A stretch of 64,000 bases of DNA, taken from assembly GCA_012295275.1 (NCBI GenBank), contig CM022676.1, positions 2,170,001-2,234,000 of the forward strand. Reading direction: 5' to 3'. Made by a program: the position numbers and the translations under genes. Positions 24,482-37,301 of this stretch are shown here, in pieces. The notes under the pieces are model-generated. The model saw only the letters and a list, made by a program, of their open reading frames with translations. It was not told the origin of the DNA and did not search any database. The first letter of the stretch is position 1. Each line of letters opens with the position of its first letter. This DNA is from Chrysomallon squamiferum (lineage: Eukaryota > Animalia > Mollusca).

Positions 24482-25525
24482 GATTATTATTATTTATTCA
24501 GTTTTATTTTTACTTTCATACTTTTTGTATGTGTGTGTGTGTGTTTGTGTACCTATGTCTCTACCTATGAATCTGTTTCTGTATCTGTCTATTCACTTAA
24601 CTATATGTCCACTATCTCTCTAAGCTGATCTATATCTGTCCGTCTATTTATCAATGTATATATTTTCCTCTTTATTATCCGTCTATCCATAGCTAAGTCC
24701 ATACTCATTCTAAATCTATCTACATCTGACTGTGTACGTCTATCTATATATCTATCTATATCTGTGTGCGTGTGCATATATCAAAAATGTATCTATTTAT
24801 CCATATATAACTATGATAAATACATGCATTTATAAACATTATAACAATATGCCACGTTTTCTCTCTCTTATCTATTCATACATTCATCTGTTTAGCTGCC
24901 TGTCTATATATCTGTCTACATAAACTATGTATCTGTCTCAATACTGTTCTATTCATCTCTCTCTCTCTTGTTATAATTTGCACAAGCTACTTTAATATTA
25001 CAAAATAATAACAAATATTAAAGATAAATATTGCAAAAGTACATATAAATATACCTGTAAACTCACAGATTATTTCAAACAAATAAAGAAACAAAACAAC
25101 CAAATAAATAAATAAGCCAGAAATAATTATCTGTAAGATTTCAGAAAATGTAAATCATTTAATCATCTCAGAATACAGTCGTGTTAAATATTTCTCAACA
25201 AATAATAATCCAGTCTGACATTTCATAATGTCTGACATCTGTTATTTCGCGTAAATATTCGTGTCAACAATAAACCTCTTGTTTGTTTACTGCTTGCCTT
25301 TATTTAATCAGTTAGGTCAGGTGATACGCAGATATAGAGAACAAACTGTACAAACAGAAACTGACATCAGTAAATGAATAGTGGGTATTTAAATACAAAA
25401 AAACTTCCCTTTACTTTGTGTATTCTGTGAAATATCTTGATTGTTCTGTGCTTTTTTAAACCTACCCATTCTCTACCTGTCTATCGATCAGTCAGTCAAT
25501 CTATCTATCTATTTATCCATTTATC

Positions 25526-25529
<4 letters not shown>

Positions 25530-25618
<89 letters not shown>

Positions 25619-25768
25619 GTACACTATTTATATTTACTGATTATATTCGTATTACCAAGTGAGAGCAGCAAAGGTTATTGCCCTCGCCGATAATTTACAA
25701 ACGATATCACGAAATACGTTTAATTGTGAACGCCGAGTTCACTCTGGTTTTGTTCTGTCGTTCAAACA
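25530..25768. repeat. Dispersed repeat with (CT)n, copy B; inverted relative to 18635-18880
   Basis: TTACAGTACACTATTTATATTTACTG...AAGTGAGAGCAGCAAAGGTTATTGCCCTCG...AATTTACAAACGATATCACGAAAT matches the reverse complement of copy A. Confidence 0.75.
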
Positions 25769-25830
25769 GATACATCGAATAAAAATGAAAGAAACAGATT
25801 TCGTTACTTTATATGAACGCCAACTTTACT

Positions 25831-25913
<83 letters not shown>

Positions 25914-26373
25914 ACACACACACATATATATATACGCCGACATGAATATATGCAAACAGATCAATCACAGATTTTTGACCATATTTTATATTTGTTTTGA
26001 CCTGTTACAATAAATTGTTTTCTTTATTTTTATTTTTTGTTTACTTAGATGTTACAATCATCCATTCACAGAAAACAGAGACAACACAAATTAAAAAAAT
26101 CAACACAATTGTAATGAATGTGACTGACATCTTTCCGCTCATCGGACAGCACACAGTCCGCGTGCGCTCGGTTATTGGCCTGTGGAAGAAACAAAAATCG
26201 TTTATTTTTATGTCCAAACTGACCGATGGCCAGATTAACAAGACCAATGAGCCAATAAATAATGAAGAGAAAATCTGATAGTTTCTGAGAATCTAATAAC
26301 CTTATCTTATTTACACATCAAGTTCATTTATCTTACAACCAAATTAATAATAATATATTGGACTACTACTACT

Positions 26374-26485
<112 letters not shown>

Positions 26486-27579
26486 TTACTGCTACCACTG
26501 TTGTAAAAGTAAAACTATTACTACTCCTGGAATTATACTTCTCTTGTATTAAATTATCTAGAAGTGCTACTGATTTTGCTATTAATGTGTGTGGATGTAT
26601 GTGAATCTGTTTGGATGTGGGTGTGTATAGATAAGCATATAGTACATAGATATACAGACAGACAGATTATATAGTGGTGGTACAAATAATAGCAGTAGAG
26701 GCAGTAGTAAAAATACAGATATGCTAGTAGTAATAAGTATTAGTACTATTAGTAGTAGTAGTATCAGTATAATAGTAGTAGTATCGTAGCAGTAGCAGCA
26801 GTAGTAGTAATGAGGTAGTAGTAGTGGTATCTTATCTGTAGTAGCCTTAGTGTTATTGTTGATGTTGATGTTTGTGTTGTATTTGCAACATGCTCAGTGT
26901 AATGTTTCATGTCAAATCAGCAGTTTACGACTTCATGCACTAAACTATGCAAATTTGGCAGCCATTTTTCTTATTCTTCTTTTTATTTTTTTTTTAAAAC
27001 ATGAACACGTCAAACACTGACCGAGTTATTTAACATTAGTATGAAAATATAAAGAAAAAAATTCCTTTACTGTTTCCATCACTGAAAGACGCATACCTCA
27101 CGATTTGACTGGCAGGTTATATAAATATGACAGTGTAACACATTCCCTTCGTTATGACTACATAAATGTGAGCTTTAATTGTGTAGACTGGTTTCTTCTT
27201 TTTAGATGCGTTTGATTTATTACGCTTTCAGTTAAAGGAAATAATAAAGAATAACTGTCTATTTGATGCACCGGATATAGTAACTGTGTTTAAGTGTAGA
27301 GGGTTCTGAGTTCGAGATCTTGTAATTACGTGTTAGAACTGTCAGATATTTTGTATTGGACAACAGGCCAATGGTTTCTTACTTAAATTACGTATTTAAC
27401 TTACTGAATGTATGTAGTGTGCTCACAAGACATAAACACACATTTTTACACAGTACTGGGACACCTTTGGGTGTTAGGCCCTGTGTTAATGTTAGATCTG
27501 CAGTCTTTACTGTTATGAATATGTTTAGGCTCGATTCTCTTCATGTTAAAGATCAGCTTCAGTTTAATTGTTAAACATA

Positions 27580-27895
27580 ATGTTAGGTTACAGTTAAATT
27601 CAGGATTACGATTACAGTTAGAATTAAAACTACGGTTAGGGTAATAACAAAGATATGAGTTAGTGTTTTGATTAAGGTTACTTTTGGGGTTATAACTAAT
27701 TTTAGGATTCGGATTATGACTAAGTAAAAAGTTGGAGTTATGACAGAGGATACGGTTATGACTGTCAAAAAGGTTAGAGTTATAACTAAGTTTAGATATA
27801 ACTAATGATAGAGTTAGGGTTTTGACAAAATTTAGTCAGGGTTCTAAGCTTAGTGTGAGGGTAATGACTAAGATTAGAGGTTAGGGTTTTGACCA
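27580..27895 (+). repeat. Highly degenerate hexamer-periodic GGTTAG/TTAGGG-like tract
   Basis: Three exact TTAGGG plus many variants (GTTAGG, GTTATG, GATTAG) with strong G/T strand skew. Confidence 0.45.
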
Positions 27896-28362
27896 GATCA
27901 TTTTTATTTATTTATTTTCTTTCAGAAACGAGATTTTTTTCTATACAAAACAACTGCTGCTTTTATTATTAAACTGTATCGTGATAACCAATGTACGCGA
28001 AAATCTCGCTCTGTCCGTGGCAAATCGTGATTCTAGTAACATGCTGCAGCAATATATATGTTGTTTTTTTTTCTTCCTCTGATAACAGCCGGAAACACGG
28101 GGTAAATTATCCAGCATGCATTAACATCCTTCCCACAGGCCGTAGATCTCTGGCGCGATGTTTTGCTGTCACACACACAGTAAACATGCCGGATGATGAT
28201 CATAAAACACTACATCAGTGAAACTTCGCTTAACTCCGACGTTCAGAAGTTTTTAGAAAAAAATATGAAGTGTAAACCACAATGTCAGAAAAGCTAAGTA
28301 AAAGCTAGGTATAAAGAAAATATATAATCAGTTACTCCCAGTTCTAATAATAATAATAATAA

Positions 28363-28393
<31 letters not shown>

Positions 28394-28638
28394 AAGAAGA
28401 ACAACAACAACAACAAAAATATAAAATTAAAACTAATTTCCTATAGATATAGATATAGATATAAATATAAAATCAAAACAAAAAAATTAAATAAATAAAT
28501 AAATAAATAAGATAAGATTAAAAAAAAAGAAGAAAAGAACGATGTTAATTAATTTATTATTATTAAATTAATTAGCATCGTTCCAAAAATTCCTATTCCA
28601 TATTTTGGCCTAGTGTTTCTTTCCAATAAAAAAGAAGA

Positions 28639-28693
<55 letters not shown>

Positions 28694-28857
28694 TACAAAT
28701 AATAATAACTAACTAACTAACTAACTAAATAAATAAATAAATAAATAGGAAGATGAAGAAAAAAACAAATACCATGTCAATGTCCTACATTGGCATCCTG
28801 CAGTAATATCAAAGAACAAAATAATTAATAAATAAATAAATAAACATATAAATAATT

Positions 28858-28930
<73 letters not shown>

Positions 28931-29218
28931 AACAATACAAATAGTAATAATAATAATAAATAAATAAATAAATAAATAAATACATTTTAAATAAATAAAT
29001 AAATAAATTTTAAATAAATAAATAACATACTTCAGGTTTGGCTTAACCTGTGAATGAGAAGAGTGATGTGTTGTTACATGGTATTTATTACAACAACACG
29101 GCTTCTAACACGTGTTTAGATAAATCATAGCTCTGGCTTAACAAAGAAACGAAAACAGCGTCAAACAACCAAATTTAGAAAACCACAAAAATCCTTAAAA
29201 CACGCAGAGATAGAAATA

Positions 29219-29880
29219 CAGTGGTACCTTGACTTACGAGTTCAATTCATCCGTGACCGAGCTCGTATCTCAATTAGATCGTATATCAAATCAATTTTTT
29301 TAACTGAAATTAATTGAAATACCATTAATCCGCTCCAGCCCCCAAAAACCAACCAATTGTTTTTTTTATTTCATTTTTTTTTTTTTTTTTTTGAAACTTA
29401 TTTTTAAATAAGACAAAATAAAAGAGACAAAATAAGACAAAAGAGACAAAAGAGACAAAATAAGACAAAATAAAAGAGAATGCAAAGAAATCAATTGGTT
29501 TTGTAAAGTGTATTTATCTTGGAGATACAGCCTTTATAGACTCCTTCAGCTTTAGTATGGTACATATCACAGAATTACAAGTATAGTACTTCTATTGCCA
29601 GTTTGACTACATGCGCACCACACTCATGTTTTTCTATGAATTCAAGCTTTAATTCAATGGACATCATCCGCTTCTTTTTCTCAGCACTGTCCTTTCCACT
29701 CACTTTCTTAGGATCCATGGCGAGAAAAAATAAATTTTATAAAATAGTGCACAAAACGCTCCACTTTTTAATTAATAAAAAAATAAATAAATAAATAAAT
29801 AAATAATGAAAGAAATTAAGAAAATAACCCGTGATCCCGTGACCTTGAACAACGTGAAGGGGTGAAACGAAAGATACCTT
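29219..29880 (-). mobile_element. Decayed Tigger/pogo (TIGD1-like) DNA transposon fragment; right boundary uncertain
   Basis: TA followed by the Tigger-type terminus CAGTGGTACCTTGACTTACGAG at 29219. Minus-strand 29718-~29520 encodes MDPKKVSGKDSAEKKKRMMSIELKLEFIEKHECG...(frameshift)...ICTILKLKESIKA, a CENP-B-type N-terminal HTH. No DDE domain and no second TIR were found. Confidence 0.8.
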
Positions 29881-30857
29881 GCACGATAGAAGATTAGTCT
29901 GTTACAGTTAAATAATGTGTTCCTGTCTTAAACGAGATTTGTGACGAGGTCTTGCATTATGTTGTAAAAGTTAAGAGTACATATATTATTTATCACAAAC
30001 ACACTCACACACACACACACACACTCACACACACACACACACTCACACACATACACACATATATGATCGACTTTCCTTTGCATGAATGATTTTTTGTTTT
30101 TGTTTGTTTGTTTGTTTATTTATTTATTTTTTTTAATGTCGCAGCTAGGATAACACATATTATTATTATTATTGTTATATTATTATTAAAATAATTTTGA
30201 AATAAACAAAACTAATTATGGGAGTTTCTTTTTGAACTGTTTGGATGTTTGAAATTGTGTGTCTTATTATTTGCTTTTTATTTTCATTCTTTTCTATTTT
30301 AAACGTGTTTTTTAATCAGATACATGTGTGCGTGTATGTGTGTGTGATTGTATGTATGTGCGAGAGGCTTGATGTGTATGTATATGTGTATATATGTGTT
30401 TTCTGGCGTTTATTGATAAGATTCAAACAATGGCAATAATTATTGTTCAATTTTTCGTTTATTGTTTGTTTATGTAATTTATTCAGAAATGAAATTTTGA
30501 CTTACAACATTATTTATTTAAATTCAACTCACGTTATAAAGATCTAAAATAAATAAATAAATAAATAATGCTAAATTAACTTTACTTCTGCAAATTATAT
30601 TTTAGGTGTTTCAAGCAACCCCAAAATAACACTCCTAAACCATATTTGAAATCCATCACTTTATTCCTGCATACCTTGTATATATTGCATGATTGCCTAG
30701 AAAGAACTTTAAGAAAGTTAATTCCCCAAGTACTCAATGACGTCAGAGCTATTTTTGACAATCTTCAATTTGCTATACCTCGTTATCAATTAACACTCGC
30801 AGTAGAAAATAATAATAATACTACTACTACTACTAATATTACTAATACTACTACTAC

Positions 30858-30893
<36 letters not shown>

Positions 30894-30970
30894 CATTACA
30901 TGGTATGTACGATTATACAGAATACCTCCTGTTATCATAAAGTAAACACTTAAAATATGTATTCAGTACA

Positions 30971-31064
<94 letters not shown>

Positions 31065-31216
31065 ATTGATTACTGGAAATTAATATGATGAAGGGAAATA
31101 AAAGTAAACTCTAGGTGTTTGTTTAAATTTTGAAAATATCAGCAAATCAAAATTAAGTTCTGAATTACAAAACAACAACAACAAAACAGCAGCAGCAATA
31201 ACAACAACAACTGCAA

Positions 31217-31270
<54 letters not shown>

Positions 31271-31362
31271 TCTGATATTATTAGGAAAAGCAAGGATTAT
31301 GCTTAACTAAGTGGGGAGGCCGTAAATGTTCATAAATTGAAATTATAAATTATAGCAAACCC

Positions 31363-31451
<89 letters not shown>

Positions 31452-32125
31452 CGAACTTTTTGAACAAGAAGCCCTCTGGTTTTCTTCTTGTAAGGGGAAA
31501 AACATATATTCAGTCATATTTCAGTTACCTCGGTGGTTACGGGGTGTCAGGCAGGCCTCACAGTAGTGTATGAATGGCTGGAGCAGAGGATATACATATG
31601 TAGATATCTTTCTTTTTTTTAGCCGGATGGAGTTTTAGTGCAGATGATATCCCCCCCCCCATGATACGCCTCTGAAAAGCACTTGGTGAAATCACAAAAT
31701 GATGATGTAATACGTGACGCGCTACAGTTTTATTTAATTTCAAACTGCAAGAAGAAATAATTTTATATTTAAAATATTTATTGGTGTTATCCGACATCTG
31801 AAAATAACATTTATAAAATTATTTATTTGTTATTATTTCTTAACAGATATAAAGATGATTAAAAATTCGTTTTTATTTTTAAATGGAGGTTCGTTTCAAA
31901 ACACTCAAAGGAAAATAGTTGCAGAACGGTACGAATTTTATCTATAGACGACGGCCATTGTCTTCAGTTTAGTATCAATATTTTTTTTTTTTCATTTTTT
32001 ATTTTTTTTAATTATTTTTATACTGGTTCCGTGTTATATTTCTATTATTATTATTATTATTATTATTATTTTTTAGCAGCAGCAGCAGCAGCAACAAATG
32101 AATTGTACGCGATTTACTAAATGCG

Positions 32126-34770
32126 ATGGGAAGTGCAGTCAGCCTCTTGTGCCGAAAGAGAAAAAGACGTCAGCAGGTTGAAGTTGTTGCCTTCAATGTT
32201 GATGTTCCATCCGACGATGTCAGAGGCATCACACCAACGAAAGGTGAGGTAAGTGTGCGTTCTCGATATCACATAGTTCACGAGAAATCTCTGACGCTGT
32301 AAATGCCTGTGATTTTAGGCAGCCATATTGATATAGTTTTAAAATTGTTATCAATTATAAATTTTCTGTTTTTATTATCATAATTATGTATTTTATTTCT
32401 GATTATTTACATTTATTTTTTATATTAAATTTGTTTCTTACTCTTCTCTAATTTTTTTGTTATTTATTATTATTTTTTTTACTGATCAGAAAAATAAATG
32501 TTTATTTTGTCAATGGTAATTTTGTAAGAGTTAGGTCCCTTGTGAAGGAATTAATTTTACTTTGTGTAGTTCAAGTATCATAAATATTTACTCTCTCTCT
32601 CTCTCTTTTGTTTTTGTAATTAGAATACATACATATTAAATACTACATATATGAGAATGATTTTTGTTATGTATTTGATATAAATTTAAAATAAATGTAT
32701 CTATTATTTTTTTATTGACATTGTTGTACATTTTAGGAGTTGGTATGAAATTATTTTATGTTTGTTAAGTATGTATATACATTATGTCTCTATGACTGTG
32801 TGTGTGTGTGGTATCCTTTTTTCACTTGAAACAATAATTATTATTTATTTACTTATTTATTTCATTTTATTTTGTTTATTTATTTATTTATTCATTTTTC
32901 ACTTTTATAATATATGTCAGATGATAATAATAATTAATATTGTTTGTTTGTTTTTTTATTTTTATTTATTTACTGATTTTTCATTTATATAATCTATGTC
33001 AAATTAAAGAGGAACTTGTTGAAAAAGTGTCTGTAGAGAGAGCATTAGCTGGTGAAACATCTCTGAAATCAGTTCCTTCTAATAAGCAAGTTTCTGAAGA
33101 TAGCAAAACTGAGAAAGTAGCAAGTCCAACAGAGGAACACAAAGAAACACCAAGTCCATGTCAGGAAACAGAGGAACACAAACAAGCATTGAGTCCATTT
33201 CTGGAAACAGGTGAGACAAGAAGAGTCCATTTAGATATTTTAGAAGAATTAATTAACATTTTTATTTTGACTGCTAACTTACATATGTCATAAAATGTAT
33301 TTTGGTTGGTATTTCTTAAATATATATTAACAACAGCAAATTATTTTGTATTTAAAAGACTTCTGCAAATCATATATTTCTCTAAATCTATTCACTCATA
33401 TCAATCATAATTAAGTAAATAATATGTTAGTGTGTATGTAAAACTGGTTTACCTGAGAACAAATATTCTTTATTTCCTTCAGTAAATTATATTATTTAAT
33501 TTTATACACTTACTTCAGTAAATAATGCCATCCCTGTAAGAGTCACTGAGTGCTGAGTCTGCCCTAAGACTATAACTCACTAATAAATTTAACAAAAAAA
33601 ATTAAGTAAAACAAAAAATGAAATAAAACAAATTCAGGTTTACCAACCTTTCACCAACACCAGCATTATGAAGATTCTCCCACTGCTTACTGAGCTACCT
33701 GGTCTTAGTCTGAAGCCAGATATAGTTAGAATAAAAAATGTTAAATTTTAAGAGCCACATTTCCAAACGTTCTGATCTGATGTCAGTAAAATTTTGTATT
33801 CAAGCATTTGATACGAAACCAACAAAATGTCAATTTGTCATGTGACAATGTCCCCTTTAATTGGGTGAAATGACAGTGAGTGACTAAAACATGGTTCTTA
33901 TTTACTGACTGAGGATATGTATTCTTTTTCAAAAGCTGTTAAGTCATCTAATTTGATATGTAAGTATATTTTTTATTCTTAAGAGGAAGTGGATCGGACA
34001 TACTGTTATGGAGCTGTTCTGGGAAGAGGTGCATTTGGTACTGTGTATGCAGCAGTGAGGAAATTTGATCATTTACCAGTAAATATTTATTTTTAAAACA
34101 AATTTTTAAAAAAACAAATTTAATAAATGAATAAAACTAATTTTAATGAATAGTAATTTTTGTTTAATCTGTTTGTACTTCAAAAATAAATTTAGAAATT
34201 ACAAAATTATAGTTTATTTATCTACTTATTCATTCATTCATTCATTCATTATTAATTTATTAATTATTTATTCATTTATTTCCTTATTTACTTATTCATT
34301 TATTTATTTATTTACTTATTTATTTATTTATTTATTTATTTATTCATTTATTTATTTACTTATTTATTCATTTATTTATTTACTTATTTATTTAATTATT
34401 TATTTATTCATTTACTTATTATTTATTTATTTATTTATGGTAAAAGAAGGAAAAGATATTTAAATATACGTAAAGCAGACTTGTGTAAGTATCCACTATT
34501 CAAACTGATTAACTTGAGTAACAAGCTAAAGCAGCTTAGCTACATGGGCCAAGAAAACTTCTTTTTTTTAAATTTAATTTCTCAAAAATGTAAAAAAAAA
34601 AAAAAAAATAAAGACTTGCTTCCCATTTGCTGTAACAGGGCAGTATAAATATTTGATTTTTTTAACATTATCTTTCTTGCTGTTATTTTAGGTTGCACTC
34701 AAAACAATCCCTGATAAGAATGTCAAAGACTGGGGAACTGTGAGTAAAAACAATTGAAAAAAGTAAAACA

Positions 34771-34821
<51 letters not shown>

Positions 34822-37301
34822 GAAATAAAATACAAAAAATAAGAAAAGAATGAGAAGAAAATAAATAAATCAAAAAATAAATTAAGTGCTAAATTAAAAT
34901 AAGAAAATTTAAAAATGAGAGAGAGAAAAACAATATTTATGGTAGTCTTATAAATAATTGTCAGTACTTTTTGTTACAAATTAAAAAAGAAGAAGAAGAA
35001 CAGAAATAGTTCCTGAATAAATGACAGTCTATCTTGAAGGTAGTTTGTCATTTCTTCAGGAACTATTCTGCTTTATTTTTTTTTTTTTTTTTAAATTTAT
35101 TTTTGAAATGTATTTGACTATCAAATAAGTTATTACAAAGAAAGCTAGTACATTAAATAATTTATTTTTTACAGATTGACGGATACAAGGTCCCATTAGA
35201 AATCTGTCTTCTGAAACAAATCCAGGATGTTCCAGGAGTGATCAAGATGCTGGCATTCTTCAAGAGATCAGGATCCTTCACAATGGTTCTTGAGAGACCT
35301 GAGGAAGCTCAGAACTTGCACCAGTACATGACGAAACGAGGTGTGCTCAGTGAGGACAAGGCGCGAGAGTTCTTTCACAAGATTCTCATCACAGTTTATA
35401 AAATACAGGAGGCAGGAGTGTTTCACAGAGATCTCAAAGCAGAGAACATTCTCATTGACAAACACGACAATGTGCACATCATTGATTTCGGATCTGGCGA
35501 TTTCTTAAAGAGAGGATTTTATTACACTTACCATAGTGAGTAAAAGTATTGTTAAGTTTTAGAGGATTTTATTACATTTACCATAGTGAATAAAAGTATT
35601 GTTAAGTTTTAGAGGATTTTATTACATTTACCATAGTGAATAAAAGTAGTGTTAAGTGTTAGAGGATTTTATTATGTTTACCATAGTGTGTAAAAGTATT
35701 GTTAAGTTTTAGAGGATTTTTATTGTTTACCATAGTGAGTAAAAGTATTGTTAAGTTTTAGAGGATTTTTATTATGTTTACCATGGTGAGTAAAAGTATT
35801 GATTGCTTTATTAATTTTTGGCTCTATATATGTTTAATAATAACATATTATTTAATACAAATTTGACTAAGAATTAATACATAATTTGCTACTAAAGATG
35901 TATCTGATGTCCATTAGCATGTAAAAGAAGCCAAACCAAAAAAAAAATAAAAAATAAAAAAAAAATAAAAATAAAAATAAATAAATAAATAAATAAATTA
36001 TTTATTTATTTATTTATTTAGTGATGATTAATTAATGAATGAAATAAAATGAAAGGGTCATTCCATGTCAAATCACCCAATTGGTTAAACCCTCATATGT
36101 CAGGAACTCTGGACCAATCTTCATAAAATTGGTATTGTTGAAAAGGTAATATGACAAGTATTCCAAATCTGCCATTTTTTGATATGCTGACCTTTTGACT
36201 TTGAAATTGACCTTGTGGATGACGTGATTAGAGATGACCTTTCTTGAAATTTAATCTCCCACATGTTGACTAAAACATAAAAAAGTTTCAGATGTGTAAT
36301 ATTCTTTGTTTAGCAGCAATACACATTTGGATTTGGTGCTGTGGGAACCCAATCAACAAGTATATCAATTTCATAATTTTTTTTTGTGGATGATTTGACA
36401 CAGAAATCACCCAAAACTAGTAATAGAAGGAAGGAAATATTCAATTTGATAATGCTTCAAAACGTTTTATTTACAGTTACAGCATCAGACACATGTTTAA
36501 ATGGAATTAGTAGAAAATACAGTTAATTGTTTTCACACAATATTATATTGATATCTAAAAGGTTTTGACTCTAACAGGCACCAGACTGCACTGTCCTCCA
36601 GAGTGGCTTGAACAGAAACGATACCGGGCACGGCCTGCCACTGTGTGGTCTTTGGGAATTTTGCTGTATTTCATGATATGTGGTGAGATCCCCTTTTCAA
36701 AACTAGAACAAATCTCGGAGGGAAAGCTTGGTTTTAACAGAAAGTTATCTTTCGGTATGTATAACCTTCCTTTTCTTTATTTATTTGTTTACTTACTTAC
36801 TTACTTGCTTAATTACATACTTACTTACTTAGATGTATACTTATTTATTTACTTACTTACTTGCTTATTTAATTACTTACTTTCTTTTTGTATCCATTTA
36901 GTAATAACATAATTTTGTTCTTATCTATTTTCATTTGTTGATATTTAAAAATACAGTAACATTTTGGATCTACAGGCTCATTGTGCTCTTTGGGGAGTAA
37001 ACAAATAGGTATGTGCACACACACATATATTTATATTAAAAATATCAACAAGTGAAATTAATATACACACAAATCTATTTATATATCTATCAATCTATCT
37101 ACCTTTTATATATATATATATATGGTGTCTGTGTGTGTATGCATGTAAGTATGCATGTATGTAATTATCAGTCAATTATTTTCAGAACTCAGACATCTAA
37201 TACAGCAGTGTCTGGTCATTTCACCACCAATGCGACCAACCATTCACGAGATATTTAAACATCCTTGGATGACAATGGAAATTTCTACAAAATATGAATA
37301 A
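32126..37301 (+). CDS. Divergent PIM-family serine/threonine protein kinase, about 371 aa
   Basis: Exons 32126-32243 (alt end 32248), 33010 (alt 33012)-33210, 33984-34078 (LGRGAFGTVY), 34692-34739 (VALK), 35175-35535 (VPLEI, LERPE hinge, HRDLKAEN, DFG), 36578-36754 (CPPEW, ATVWSLG) and 37186-37301 (RPT, HPWM, stop). All introns are GT-AG in consistent phase, 1116 nt in total. The ERP hinge, PPEW and ATVWSLG (no Asp) are PIM signatures. Confidence 0.92.
35511..35801 (+). repeat. 50-bp minisatellite, six copies, spanning the PIM exon 5 end and its splice donor
   Basis: Unit AGAGGATTTTATTACACTTACCATAGTGAGTAAAAGTATTGTTAAGTTTT starting at 35511, 35561, 35611, 35661, 35711 and 35760. Confidence 0.95.
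36055..36412. mobile_element. MITE-like non-autonomous DNA transposon in PIM intron 5; GGG...CCC termini, possibly Sola2-type
   Basis: Left end GGGTCATTCCATGTCAAATCACCCA versus reverse-complemented right end GGGTGATTTCTGTGTCAAATCATCCA. Flanks GAAA/AAAA could be an imperfect 4-bp TSD. No ORF. Confidence 0.6.

Noticed and set aside
31584-31674. Tiny MITE with CAGAGG...CCTCTG ends
   Set aside because: Only a short, imperfect inverted match and no TSD.
33520-33715. tRNA or tRNA-derived SINE head on the minus strand (GGTAGCTCAGT A-box-like)
   Set aside because: No cloverleaf and only a very degenerate B-box; too weak to call.
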